DNA of 64,000 nt from Callorhinchus milii (Eukaryota): assembly GCF_018977255.1 (NCBI RefSeq), contig NW_024704743.1, forward strand, positions 41,108,001 to 41,172,000, given 5' to 3'. The notes below the pieces were generated by a model that made no database searches, had not been told where the DNA came from, and saw only the letters and a list, made by a program, of their open reading frames with translations. The translations under genes were made by a program, and so were the position numbers. Below, one piece after another: positions 49,801 through 61,745 of the stretch (positions within the stretch are counted from its first letter, which is position 1; every line of letters begins with the position of its first letter).

Positions 49801-51504
49801 TGATCCTGTGAGATAAACATTTAGGTGTTGTTTGAAGACGGATAGAGAGGGGCAAAATAAAAAGGTAGGAAGAGGCTTTACACCTTAGAGAGGTGATAGT
49901 TTTGATGATGGTCAAGCGAAATTTGCAATGGACAATGAAATTGCTTTTGTGGCATTTGTCCACAGGATTCGGATTTGAGGGCATGGAATTGGAAGTTGAA
50001 CAAAACCTACCAATGCAAAGATTTCTAGGTTTCTTTTAAATGTTATTTTTACAATATTCCTGTTCGAGATCTGTAGTCAAGAAAGTCTCTACTACTTTTT
50101 CTGTAAATGTGCATAAAGCTCAATGAATGCTTCATCACTGTATAAAATTCCAGCACTATTGTAAATCTGTATTGTGAATTGTTCCCTTGGTTCATTTTAC
50201 TTATTGAGAACCCAAGATTAAAATCATATATCATTTCCACTGGCAAAATATTTCAAGGGAACTTCGTGAGTACAAAGCCAAAAAAAGATAATGACATGTT
50301 TCTCATTGAGAAGCTACTTCATCTGTTATGGGCATAATAAATATTGAGAATAATATGATATGATAGATGTGACTTTATCATTTGAAAGTTGTCAAGTCTG
50401 CCTCACGTGTGGTTAATTATCATATCATATGGCTTGTCATGTTATATCCTTTAAATATTCCACTGTCAGTTGGATAGATTTTCTCTCATAGAAAACATGT
50501 TGGTAATTCGCCACTTGAAGTTTCTAGAATGCTTAACGTTTTAAGATGTGAAAGAGAAAATTTGAGTAATTCGTTTACAGCAGAACAGTAACAGAATTAT
50601 GCGGATAATGATTTTCTATTATTATGGCTCGAGAGTAAAGGAGCCATTATTTAGGAGCATTTGAAGGACTGAGATTTACTTAGTGACATGACCCAATCAT
50701 TCTGTGCAAATGCCACAAGGTGCCCTTATCAAATGCAAAAATGGAAATTAATTCAAACTAAGAGGGGAACAAAATAATTTTGAATCAGTTCAAATTACTT
50801 GTCTGTCCTTCCCCTAAATAAAATGTTCAAATACAGATAGTTTAGTAAACCTTTGGAATGGAATAAAGTTTGAGGCAGTCTTAGACCCAACAACCTCTAC
50901 CCCAATATCTCATCCTGCCTGTCAATAGACAGATTCAGGAATTCCAGCTGGAAAAGCGTGGCCATAAGGAAAACAAATTATAAAACTGTTACAAATAATT
51001 AAAAGTGACTAAATATGTGGAATGGCTGATACATAATGATAGCTTTTGATACAGCATCTCATCACATCATCCTAATGTCTCAAAGTTCACATGATTTACA
51101 GTGACTGTGATGTTTGTCTCTGTGCTTCCCATGTATTAGATGTGATGCAAACTGATCATTTGACAGCTGGCACTGAGTGAAAATTTACCCCACTCAAATC
51201 TTTAACCTGATAATTATTAAAGGTCAAGAATGAGCAGGATTCTGTGTCCCATAGGTGATTATTCGCTGTCCTTGTTGTATTTAATTGAAGTTTTACCATT
51301 CAGGGGATTAACTGGAAACTTGACATTTTTTGCCATGTGGAATTCCTTGAAATGAAAGCAGCTATTTTGTATCCATCGTTGTCAGCACAAGGTGTTTGGG
51401 AAAAAAATGTTTTGTTCTAAGTTTATTACTGAGGCGTAGAAGGATTTATCACTTGACCGTTCCTAACAATCTGTGATTGTATCACTGTGATTGTGGTAGT
51501 TTCA

Positions 51505-51764
51505 ACTATCTGGAACTCTATCCCCCAGTGCCTTCACCGCCTCCTCCCTTTCCTGCTTCAAGGCCGGTCTCAAGACCTTTCTCTTTGACCGTGCCTTCAG
51601 CTCCCCTCTCGACTCTCTACCCCCTCCTTCGCTCCCTCCCTTTCCTCCCCTCACCCTGACCATTTCCCCCCTGCTCGGGTCCTGACCCAACTGTACAGCG
51701 CCTTGGGACGTCCTCCCGACCTGAAAGGCGCTCTATAAATGGAATCTTGTTGTTGTTGTTGTTG
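51505..51764 (+). mobile_element. L2 3' fragment (AATCTTG subfamily)
   Basis: Near-identical to the reverse complement of 37388-37690. Confidence 0.93.
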
Positions 51765-52109
51765 TATCTACCACACGAGTGTTAAGTGAAGAATTGGTTT
51801 GAAAACCACACCCCGATGTGAAGGATATGAACATTTTCGCACCGTTCACACGTCCTTTGAACAAGCACTTCAAATAAAAATTTTAATTTGAAGGCCAATT
51901 ATATACTTAAATTTACTTATTTCTTCTGGGAATTTGCATTTACACATGATTTACACAATGTGTAAATGAAACCTCCAATGACACTGAATATTCCCACTGC
52001 TCCTGCAACTCAGATATTTGCACCGATTGAATTTAAAGAGTTAACTAAACTTAACATGAATTGGGTTGTTTAACAGGGAGTCAGACTGATATTTATGAAT
52101 GCAAGACAC

Positions 52110-52450
52110 AGAAAATTACATTTGTAAAGCGCCTTTCACGTCAGGAGGACGTCCCAAGATGTTTAACAGTCAGGGATTTGGACCCAAGCGGGTGAGGTGG
52201 GTGGGGGGGTGGGAGGTTGAGATTAGGGAGGGTGGAGGGCAGAGAGGGTAGCCGAAGGCAAGGTTGAAGAGGATGGTTTTGAGACTTGCCTTGAAGGAGG
52301 CAAGGGAGGGAGCAAGGCAAAGGGAATGTGAAGTATGCGTTTGAGAGATATGGAGAAAAATACTGCCAAATGGGATGAATTGATCAGCTATGATCTAATA
52401 AATGTCAGAAGAGTCTTGAATGATTGAATGGCCTACTCCTGTTTCTACAC
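52110..52450. mobile_element. L2 3' fragment (minus, 52110-52332) next to a CR1 3' end (plus, 52335-52450)
   Basis: GCGCCTTTCACGTCAGGAGGACGTCCCAAG, then GATCAGCTATGATC...TGAATGGCCTACTCCTGTT. Confidence 0.8.
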
Positions 52451-52484
52451 TGTATCACATATGGCTGAAAAAATATTTTGTACC

Positions 52485-52625
52485 TGAACCATGTAGTGTG
52501 GCACTGCATCATACAAGCTAAAAAGGCTCAGACTTACACTGTGGCCTATGCTGAGCTATTTTATCTCAATTGAGAAGCAGCTTGAAGGCTCTAATTGACC
52601 GAGAGGGAAGGATTTAGCTAAACTT
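52485..52625 (+). mobile_element. AmnSINE2-like fragment
   Basis: TATGCTGAGCTATTTTATCTCA...GCAGC...AATTGACC, similar to 5540-5660. Confidence 0.4.
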
Positions 52626-53711
52626 TGATGGTTCCTTAGTTGAACAGTTAACTGGCACTCTCTTTCCCTTCAGCACAAGTGAAGATCAGTTATTAGAATG
52701 AGTTGATGTTGAGGTTTGACTCCTCCTGGAGTAATACCCTAGCATGTAGCAACCTTGAGGAAAGGTGAGGTGAGAAATTAGTAGGAAAAAATGCAATTTT
52801 TTATTTGTAAATTCAGAAAAAAACGGTTCCTGCAAACATAACCTACCTCCATAGAAACTATTCTTCATGACATGAGTCATCCAATCATCGTCACTAGAAA
52901 GATGTAACATCATGCATAAAATTCCTTATTCTTTGCACATCACAAGAGAGATTCAGATGAAGTAGACTCTTGGGTCCATTTGATTGCATCTTTCCATTTC
53001 AATATCAAAATGTTTGTTAAATTAATGACCCAGCCTCAATCACCCTACTTTTAACTGGTTTCAGCTGCCGACTACCCTCTAAGTAAAAGAATGACTGTTG
53101 AAATTGCCATTCACTACTCATTGTGTGTCCTGCTGACTTGTTTTATTTTCTCTATCTTATTTATCGTCTTATATAAAGTGCACTGCCTTTCATTTTCTCT
53201 GAAGTAACCAGATCGAAAGTGGTTAAACAATTTTTTCTCTCTCTCCCAAATTGACCTGGAAATTGTTTGCTCAGTCTATATTGCTTCACATCCTGTTGTT
53301 AACTCGTACTTTTATAAGTAGTTTGCATAAAACCGTGATGTATTAAATAAAGTTATATGCTATAATCCCTATTTAAACGGATTCATTCAACTGGGATGAA
53401 CGGACCATTCAAGTGATGAACAATAAACGATTGACAATTAACAACAGTGTGATGGCACTGAAAGTGAACAATTAATACCTAACCTATTGTTTCTTGGTAA
53501 TTAATTATTTATTGAAACACTTCACAGCACATTTGCTAATCTTCTGTTCTGAAAGACTGTAACTATGAGATGAACTGCAATGGTTAAGAGACAAAGTTAG
53601 GGTTAGGGACAAGAGAAACAAAAAAAAATCTAAAGCTTAATAAAAACACCCATGAAGTTTGCAGCTTATATCATAGAAAAAAATAGTTCCCCTGACGTGA
53701 TTCTGAAGTTG

Positions 53712-54013
53712 TAATAATAATAATAATAATCCTTGCATTTGATATAGCGCTTTTCACGTTGGGAGCACGTCCCAAAGCGCTTCACAGAACACACTGTAAA
53801 GTGAATTGTCTGTATATTTGTGGGCGAACGCGGCAGCCAATTGTGCACAGCAATGTCCCACAAACAGTTGTAGATTGAAAATGACCAATTTATTATTGTT
53901 TTTGGTTTTGGAGGGATTATTATTAGGCGTGTGGAGTAAGGAAACTTGCCCAAGGTTTCGCCCTGCCTGGAATTGAACTCAGGTCTCTCTAACCACTGAA
54001 CTACAGGACTCCA
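53712..54013 (-). mobile_element. Young tRNA-derived SINE lacking the anticodon-like arm
   Basis: Matches 62461-62785 except for a deletion at AGGTCTCTCTAACC. Confidence 0.95.
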
Positions 54014-55169
54014 CTGTAACACTTGTAATCTCATTGCGGGTTTCGAATGACTGCTATAAACCATTTGAGCTTTGCTCTTGTGATGAATGATGCTATCTGA
54101 AGTCCACAAATGGATTATTATTGTAATCACTACAAAGTATCCATCGATAATTCACATTTCTGAATCACTTGATGTGCAGGTATCTCCATAGACGCAGGCT
54201 GATGGCACTGACAGTGAACAGTTACAAAGAAATTAGAAAAAAGTGAAAATTACACTTCAGTTGTGATGGAGTAGTGCTGTGGGGTTGAATAGGGAAGCAG
54301 CAATTCTAATAGTTCTTTCTTAAGATTGAATACGTTACCACTATCTTTCAATGTTTGAAAGGTATATCAGTTTTATTTTTCTGCATATGATAAAAATATT
54401 TAAGATTTATGATGACTTCTGAGTAACACTATTAGTATTATTTTACTTTAAAATTCTAATTTACATGGCATTACAGATCCATACTGATGTTTATCGTGCA
54501 TTTTGTGGATGTTGTTCAGATTTTAATCTGTTTTGTTTTGAATAAAATGAAATTTCCAAATGAAATTGAAATGGAAGAATCACAAATCACTGTAATGAAT
54601 TGATACATAGATGATTGAACTGACTGATCTTGAGGTTTTTGTGCTTGTAAACTGCCGACAGATTGTGTTAATGATGTTTTAAAACTGATATATTTAGAAA
54701 CAGACCACATTCCCCTAAAGGATAAATGCACTGTCTGGTGTGGTTGAGTCTCACAAGCAAAAAATTGGCTACTGCGGTTGCCTCGTAATACACAATTACT
54801 GCACTTGACAGCTACCTTCTGTGAAGTGCTTTAAGATGATTTGACATTATAAGTGTATATCTAATGTAAGGATTATTATAATCCTTGATATATGCTGAGT
54901 TATTTGATTGTAGTTGGTCATTGGTGTCGGGACCAATGGAGATGTCACAACCAGTTTAGGAAAAAGAAATGTCAACTACTGTAACAACTATACCTGCAAA
55001 ACTACATGGTTGTCCATTGAACGACATTTAAATGTAATCCTGGAAAAGAGTTTTATCTTTAATCTTAATTTGGAAACCATTTTTCCACAAGTCTTTTGCT
55101 GTCATCTCATGCTTTGGTGTGTTCTAACTTACAGTTACAATTTAGAATCTCCTTAAGTATCTCAACAAT

Positions 55170-55400
55170 TACTGCACAAGACAGGTCCAGAAAAAGAAAG
55201 CCTATCAGTCTATTCAATCTCATCCTTCCAGAACAATCATCTTCCTACTGGAGCATTAAGCTGTTTCTAAATGAGTCAATTTTCCTGTTTTTAACCACCC
55301 TTCATGGTAACTTGCTGCAGTCATTAATCTGAGTAAAACTTCTTCCTGGTGTTTGTGCTCAAATTGCCCTTTGCCATTGTAAACTTGTTTCGTTTCATCC
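55170..55400 (-). mobile_element. Degenerate CR1 3' end
   Basis: Reverse-complement match to the 39255-39500 type (CTTCTTCCTGGTGTTTGTGCTCAAATTGCC). Confidence 0.55.
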
Positions 55401-55551
55401 TGTGTTGTGAGAATCTATTGACAGCTGACATGAAGTTGAGTGCTCAATACCATTCTCAATACCCAGGTCTATGAAGTTGGGATTGTGGCTTCACTCTGTT
55501 GTATTTTGTTCTTCACAAAACTGTGATCCAGCTAACCTGAATGGAAAGCCA

Positions 55552-55840
55552 TTTTTTTTCGGTCAGCCGAGTGGAGGAAACCATCGACATGATTAAGAGT
55601 ATGCAAACCAAGCTGAGATTTTCATGCATCACACCTAAAAATGTAAATTACAGAGATAGATTTTTGGAATGGAATGCTCACTCTCTCCCTCGAGGGACCC
55701 ATTCCTGCTTACCTAACTCCGGAAGTATTAGGCGCAGGTTCGCAATAGCCAAGGCTTCCAGACTACAGAGTATGCATCGGGGCACTGCTGGTGTCTAAGC
55801 AGCTAAAACTGCATAGCTTGCCATTGATATCGCTGCCTGC
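55552..55840 (-). repeat. Unclassified A-tailed repeat, copy 3
   Basis: T-run, CGGTCAGCC...CAAACCAAGCTGAGA...CCTGCTTACCTAACTCCGGAAGTATTAGGCGCAG...AGCCAAGGCTT...GTCTAAGCAGCTAAAA, the reverse complement of 35460-35724. Confidence 0.75.
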
Positions 55841-55934
55841 CAAGCTTTCTCACTGCTTGTCCAGCTCGGACCACATTACCTGTTAGTGCTTTGGCTTGCA
55901 GGGTTAACAGGAGCTGATTGGGAGGATTCATTGC

Positions 55935-56350
55935 CCCCAGTGACTGGTCCCTTGCCTCTGAGTCAGAATATTGTGGATTCAAGCCCCATTCAGTACATGG
56001 CATCACATAGTCTAATCTGACACTCCAATTCATTGCTGGAGTTGCGTTGCATTGTTGGAGGTACTGTAGTAAAGATGAGACATGAAACCGAGGTCCCATC
56101 TGCCAGTTCAAATGGACGTTGAAGATCCCATGTCACTATTAAAAAGAGAGGGGAGTTTCTCCCAGTGAACTGGCCACAAAATACCCCCAAATATTGAAAC
56201 TTGTGGGATATTGCTGTGCACAAGCTGGCTGCTGCACTTTGCACACAAAATATATACAGTTAATCTACTTTACAGTATATCCTGTAAAGTGCTTTGTGAC
56301 ATCTTGGCAATGTGATAAGGTGCTATATCAAATGAAAGGATTATTATCAT
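55935..56350 (+). mobile_element. Deu-domain SINE, best-preserved copy
   Basis: TTGCCTCTGAGTCAGAA...TTCAAGCCCC, core GCATTGTTGGAGGT...GATGAGACATGAAACCGAGGTCCCATCTGCC...AAGATCCCATG, L2-like tail. Confidence 0.85.
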
Positions 56351-58679
56351 TTATGTCACAGTGCTATCTTTCTCCGATTACCAAAGATATATATTTTTGA
56401 TTGAGATTCTTAGACCCGATATTCTACCTGAATTCCAGGTCCACAGATTGACAGCGCTACTTTTGTAATATATACCTGTTAGTAGACAAATGCTATTTTT
56501 TCTGAATGACTCTAAAGCTCTGATGTATTACTGTTTCATGACCTGAAAATGTGCTGATGTTGTCAATTCACAGGGATAGAAGTCTCCCCAGATCTGTTGG
56601 ATTAATGACTGCTAATATATTTCTTCTGTGTAAAATTTCTGTGTTGAGTTTGTTTTGCTATTTTCCTCAATTGCTATTTTAAATTTGCTCTGTAGTGTGT
56701 TATTGTATTAACAGGATGGGATAAACATTCAACGAGTGAAAGCAATATTACAACACAATAAATCAAAAAAACACTGATTGTTACATTATAGCCTTCAGCT
56801 AGTCATTATAAAGAACTCTGCATTTGTTTTTCCTCTTTGATTTATGCATTTCCCTGTACTATTTGTTGGTCAATGCACAATATGCACCTTCCCAAGCTAA
56901 GGCAGAGATACAGTGATAGGATTCACACAAGTCTAATGTTGCTCTGTAACTCTTCTCTTGCAGGTGAATGATATAGTTTCCGGCAAGGAGATAGGCCTTT
57001 TCTTTTCCTGATTTCCCTTCCTCCCTTTAACTTAATGTCTCACCAGAACAATATATAAAAGATAAATGGAAGCTCATTGCTTAGAAATTGGGACTGCACA
57101 TCACGGATGAAACTGGTTTGTCACAACTGATTGGAGCTCCAAATCACTGTTACTGTACAATCCAGTAATACAGTAATTAAAGGATGAGGCAGCTTTTAGT
57201 CTCCAGTATCCAATTCACCTCCAATTTGATCTCAGTGTTAAGTTATCAGAGCACAACAAAGCAGACAAGTACAGCCCATTCTGAATGATATACATCAGAG
57301 TTCAAGATTTTATGAGGCATTAAATGTATCCCATGTGAGCACTTCATTAGAGTTTCAAAATGCACCATTGATTTCTCCTTCCATCCATGTGAATAGATAG
57401 AGGGTGTTGATTTTGCTGTGTTTAATCTATTGAGTTTTACACATGAATATGATAGTAGATTCATGCTTTTTTGCATAATGGTATCTTGCAGCATTTAATG
57501 CTCTTATTTCAAGACAATTGATTGGTTAGTACTTACCAGCTATTTGATAAGATTAGGTAATTGAAGCAACTGAATTCAATAGCGATGACTTGATTAAATT
57601 CCTAGATGGATTTAGTCACCCGGCAAGTGGAGAGTGATTGGAACAGTATCAACACAACAGTGATGATTAGATATGGAGTGAATAAGGTTATTAACACTGT
57701 TTAAACCCAAGCAAGCTGATTTCATATCAGATGATTGTTAAGGCACTGAACCCACTTGTACAATATTGGGATAGACTTTCTATTGTAAGTAGAGTGTCAG
57801 ATTTTATTGTATTTTGTTACCTATGATGCATTCACTAAAATAAAAGTTAAATTCGAAAAAAGAAAATATTGTTTTGACTCATTACTCAGTAGAGTTCAAT
57901 TATTTTTCTATGACTTTGAATTGGCTAGCAAGCAAGTAGTTGACAACAACAAGTTTCAATCTAGTGTTTTGAACCTTTCCTCTGAAAAACACTCAAGGAA
58001 ATCATTCTTCAAAAAGATTGTTGTGAAATAAATAACTCATTTCATAAATAATCTTACTGCTGTTCCTTTGTGCCAATTTTGACTTCTTTAAGTGCAATGA
58101 GTTATGAATATTTGGATTTAATTGGTTAAAGGACAAAAGAGTACATCAGCAGAACAGTAACGGATATGTGGATATACTGTACTACATAGTTGCAAATTGA
58201 AATAAAAAAGTAGTTTAATCAAAACTCTCAACATCCAATTGATCAACCTATTGCTTTTTACATAAGATGCATCAAATCTCTCTATTCGTCACAAGGCTAG
58301 GAATTCTCAAAACAATCAACACAAAATGACACTGAATTAATAATCAGAATTATTTGATGTTGGGGCAAGGCACTGCAATTGAAATGTGTTTGTGGTTAAC
58401 AATTAAAAGCAAACATGGACGTAACTAAAAAGTATTACCAGATCAAAAATGAATGGGGACCTACATGAGATAACACATTTCACATCCTGGGGAAAATATG
58501 AACAACTTATTATACAATTAATTATAAGACCTGTGATCATGGAAGATGAAACAAATAATGTTTATCTCCTGAACCTCCACTGATGTATGACATTAAAAAG
58601 CTTTTCAACAGATATTCAGTGAAAAGTTACACCCTCTTCCTTATGTCACAACTGGATATCTGAACATCCAAATCGGAGG

Positions 58680-59660
58680 CTGTGGTTGGAGCTGTATTGT
58701 TATTTGAGCCACCAGGGAATGTGCAGTCTGCTATTGATCTGAGCATCAACCTAGGATTTCAACAAGTGTCTAACACATTGTTTCAAAAAATTTGGGAAGT
58801 TCATCTATTTTTCCCTGAAGCCTTACAGACAGTTGTCAGACTGAAGACATTTACGCTGTTGTGGGCTTTCCTGGAGATCTGGATGTAATAGACCGTTCTT
58901 ATGTGTTTGGCTGCCAGGTGGGTTCCATATTTGCAAGCATAATGGCAGTTGAAATTGTTTCTGATGTGGATCAGTATCACACCAATTTCCAACAGTGGGT
59001 GAAAAAAACAATTTGAACCAATTATTGTGAGTAAATAAGTTCAATATATCTAACAACACATTTTGTGCTACAACATGCTAATGACATTGTTGCAACATCC
59101 CGTTTTGTTCAGGTTTTGTTCATGACACAGTAACCTATGAATGTGTCCTGACATAATGGATGTACATGTCAGCAATTGGCTTGCAATAGGAGGATAGATT
59201 GAGTTGAGAAAGAACTTCTTCACTCAAAGGGTGACGAATGTATGGAACTCACTATCCCAAAGGGCTGTTGACGCTCAGTCCTTGAACATATTCAAGACTG
59301 AGATAGATAGATTTCTTATTGCAAAAGGGATTAAGGGATATGGGGATAAGGCAGGGTCAAGTTATTAGCTGGAGTTAGATTAGACGATCAGTCATGATTC
59401 AATGGCGGGGCAAGCTCGAAGGGCCGAATGGCCTACTTCTGCTCCTACATGTTATGTTATGTTGTGTTATGTTATGTTATGACAAGGACCAGAGAAGGAG
59501 GAGAGAAGGAGCTATAGTGATAAGCCATATAAGGCCAGAGGTAGCTGGAGGAGGTCAGAGATGATGAGCCAGAGGAGGTCCAGTGGTGATGGCCAAGAGG
59601 GGATTAGATGTGATAAGGCTGAGAAGGAGGCTGAGAATCGCTTGATTTGATTCTTATTGA
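58680..59660 (+). mobile_element. Harbinger/PIF (HARBI1-like, DDE_Tnp_4) transposase relic, copy 1, interrupted by CR1
   Basis: Motifs in order across frameshifts: YAVVGFPGDLDVIDRSYV (cf. GFPGVIGAIDCTHV), GFH, SIMAVEIVSD (cf. SINVQ.VCD), SGFVHDT (cf. PGSVHD), then a purine-rich segment ending AENRLI. Confidence 0.65.
59195..59481 (+). mobile_element. Young CR1 3' fragment
   Basis: TTCTTCACTCAAAGGGTG...TGGAACTCACT...GGGCCGAATGGCCTACT, (TATGT)n tail. Confidence 0.92.
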
Positions 59661-59714
59661 CAGAAAAAGATCTTCTTATCAAGCTTATAAAATTGACAGC
59701 AACAATCAATTTAA

Positions 59715-60255
59715 TTACTGTAAGGTTATTCGAGCCACCAGGGAATGTGCTGTCAGCTATTGATCTGAGCAACAAACCACCTACTTTCAACAAGTGACTA
59801 ATTTACTGTTTCAAAAAATTGGGAAGTTCATCTATTTTTCCCTGAAGCCTTTCAGACAGTTGATCAGACTGAAGACATTTAAGCTGTTGTGGGCTTTCCC
59901 GGAGTGCTGGATGCAATAGCCTGTTCTTATGTGTATGGGTGTGCCAATAAATCCAAGGCTCACATTTTGTTTTGGTCAGACAGGTGTCTGACACATGCTG
60001 AAACCCAATTAGTATGCTTAACAGTATCCAAACCAAATGAGAATTCCATGCATCCCACCTACACGTGGAAATTCCAGAGATAGATTGTTGGAGTGCAATG
60101 TCCCTGGAGGGACGCATGCTGCTTGCCTGATTATTGAGAGTATTAGGTGCAGCCCAAGGCTAACATCAGTTGAAGATGTTCTGCTAATGTGGAAATAGTT
60201 TCAGTGCCAGTATCTTTCTAATGAATACCAACAAATTCCCAGGTCAACATAAAAC
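59715..60255 (+). mobile_element. Harbinger/PIF transposase relic, copy 2, interrupted by the unclassified repeat
   Basis: 59725-59946 is a close direct repeat of 58700-58915. ORF 59889 reads GFPGVLDAIACSYV, and NKFPGQH appears at about 60230-60250. Confidence 0.65.
59965..60160 (-). repeat. Unclassified A-tailed repeat, copy 4
   Basis: TTTTGTTTTGGTCAGACAGGTGTCTGACACATG...ATCCAAACCAAA...AGTATTAGGTGCAGCCCAAGGC. Confidence 0.72.
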
Positions 60256-60349
60256 ATGAACAGTTTATATATTCCCCATTTGTTTGATCAGTTCTTAAGT
60301 TAGTTTTGAAGGTCCATGGTTATTTGTTGAAACCATGTCTAATGACAAC

Positions 60350-60502
60350 AGCTTTTGTAGGACATTGCTGCGAGAAATTGGCTACCAATTTTGCCAACAA
60401 AGAGAGTCACTACATTTTGCAGCAAAAATTCCTGTGAAGCATTTTGAGAAGTCTTGATGGCCTGATTAGGTGATACACCAGATGCAAGGTTTATTATTAT
60501 TA
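60350..60502 (+). mobile_element. SINE 3' fragment
   Basis: TTTGTAGGACATTGCTGCGAGAAATTGGCT...ATGCAAGGTTTATTATTATT. Confidence 0.7.
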
Positions 60503-60595
60503 ACATGAAGCATCCCCACTACAAATATTCTAAAAAATTCTAATGAACATTGGTTTCAGAGGCAATTAATAATGCTCTATTTATCAGCAAATCTT

Positions 60596-61745
60596 ACATA
60601 AGAACATAAGAATTAGGAGCAGGAGTAGACCATTTGGCTTCTTGAGCCTGCCCCGCCATTCGATAAGATCATGGCTGATCTTCTGACCTAACTCTAATTA
60701 CCTGCCCTATCCCCATATCCCCTAATCCCTCTATTTTTTAAAAATCTATCAGTCGCAGCCTTGAAAATGTTCAAGGACTGAGCATCTACAGCCTTCTGGG
60801 GTAGGGAATTCCATAAATTCACTACCTTCTGAGTGAAGAAATGTTTCCTCAACTCTGTTCTAAAAGGCTGACCCTTAATTTTAAGACTGTGAGCCCTGGT
60901 TATAGATTCTCCTACCAGGGGAAACAGTCCCTCAGTGTCTACTTTATCCAACCCTTTTAAAAATCTTATATGTTTCAATAAGATCTCCTCTAATTCTTCT
61001 GTACTCTAGAGAATATAGCCCTAGTTTATTCAGCCTATCCGCATAGGTCAGTCCCCTCATCCCAGGAACTAACCTAGTGAATCTACGCAGCACCCCCTCC
61101 AAGGCAAGTATGTCCTTTTTTAAATCAGGAGACCAAAACTGCACACAATACTCTAGGTGCGGTCTCACCAGGGCCCTATAGAGTTGCAGCAGCACTTCCC
61201 TACTCTTGTACTCTAAACCTTTTGCAATGAACGCTAACATGCCGTTCGCCTTCTTAGTTGCTTGCTGCTCCTGCAAACTAATATTTTGAGACTGGTGTAC
61301 AAGAACACCCAAATCCCTCTGAACATTAACACTATCTAATCTCTCCCCCTCTAGAAAATAATCTGTTTTTCTACTTTTTCTACCTAGGTGAATAACTTCA
61401 CACTTCCCCACATTAAATTCCATCTGCCACCTACTCGCCCACTCCCCTAGCCTATCTATATCCCGTTGCAAACTTTTTGCATCATCCTCAGAGCTTACTC
61501 TCCCACCTAGTTTAGTTTCATCCACGAATTTAGATACGTTACATTCAATGTCCTCATCTAGATCATTGATGTAAATTGTAAATAGCTGAGGCCCAAGCAC
61601 TGATCCTTGTGGCACGCCACTAGTCACATCCTGCCAATTCGCTAATAACCCCCGTTTATCCCTACTCTCTGTTTTATACCCGTTCGTCACTCTTCAATCC
61701 ATGCTAATATGCTCCCATTTATCCCGTGGACCTTAACCTTGTGAG
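60596..61745 (-). mobile_element. Young CR1, 5'-truncated, with a long open RT segment
   Basis: ORFs 60944-61690 (GVPQGSVLGP, FVDETKL, FNVGKCEV, LVRPHLEYC) and 60694-60978 (FFTQKVVNLWNSLP). Tail seen on + as (CATAAGAA)n. Confidence 0.96.

Noticed and set aside
56964..57010. Good plus-strand acceptor (tcttctcttgcag|GTG)
   Set aside because: No canonical donor before an in-frame stop, and the peptide is unrecognisable.
60944..61690. 248-aa ORF as an active CR1 RT
   Set aside because: It is 5'-truncated, FADD is changed to FVDE, and there is a frameshift near 60960.
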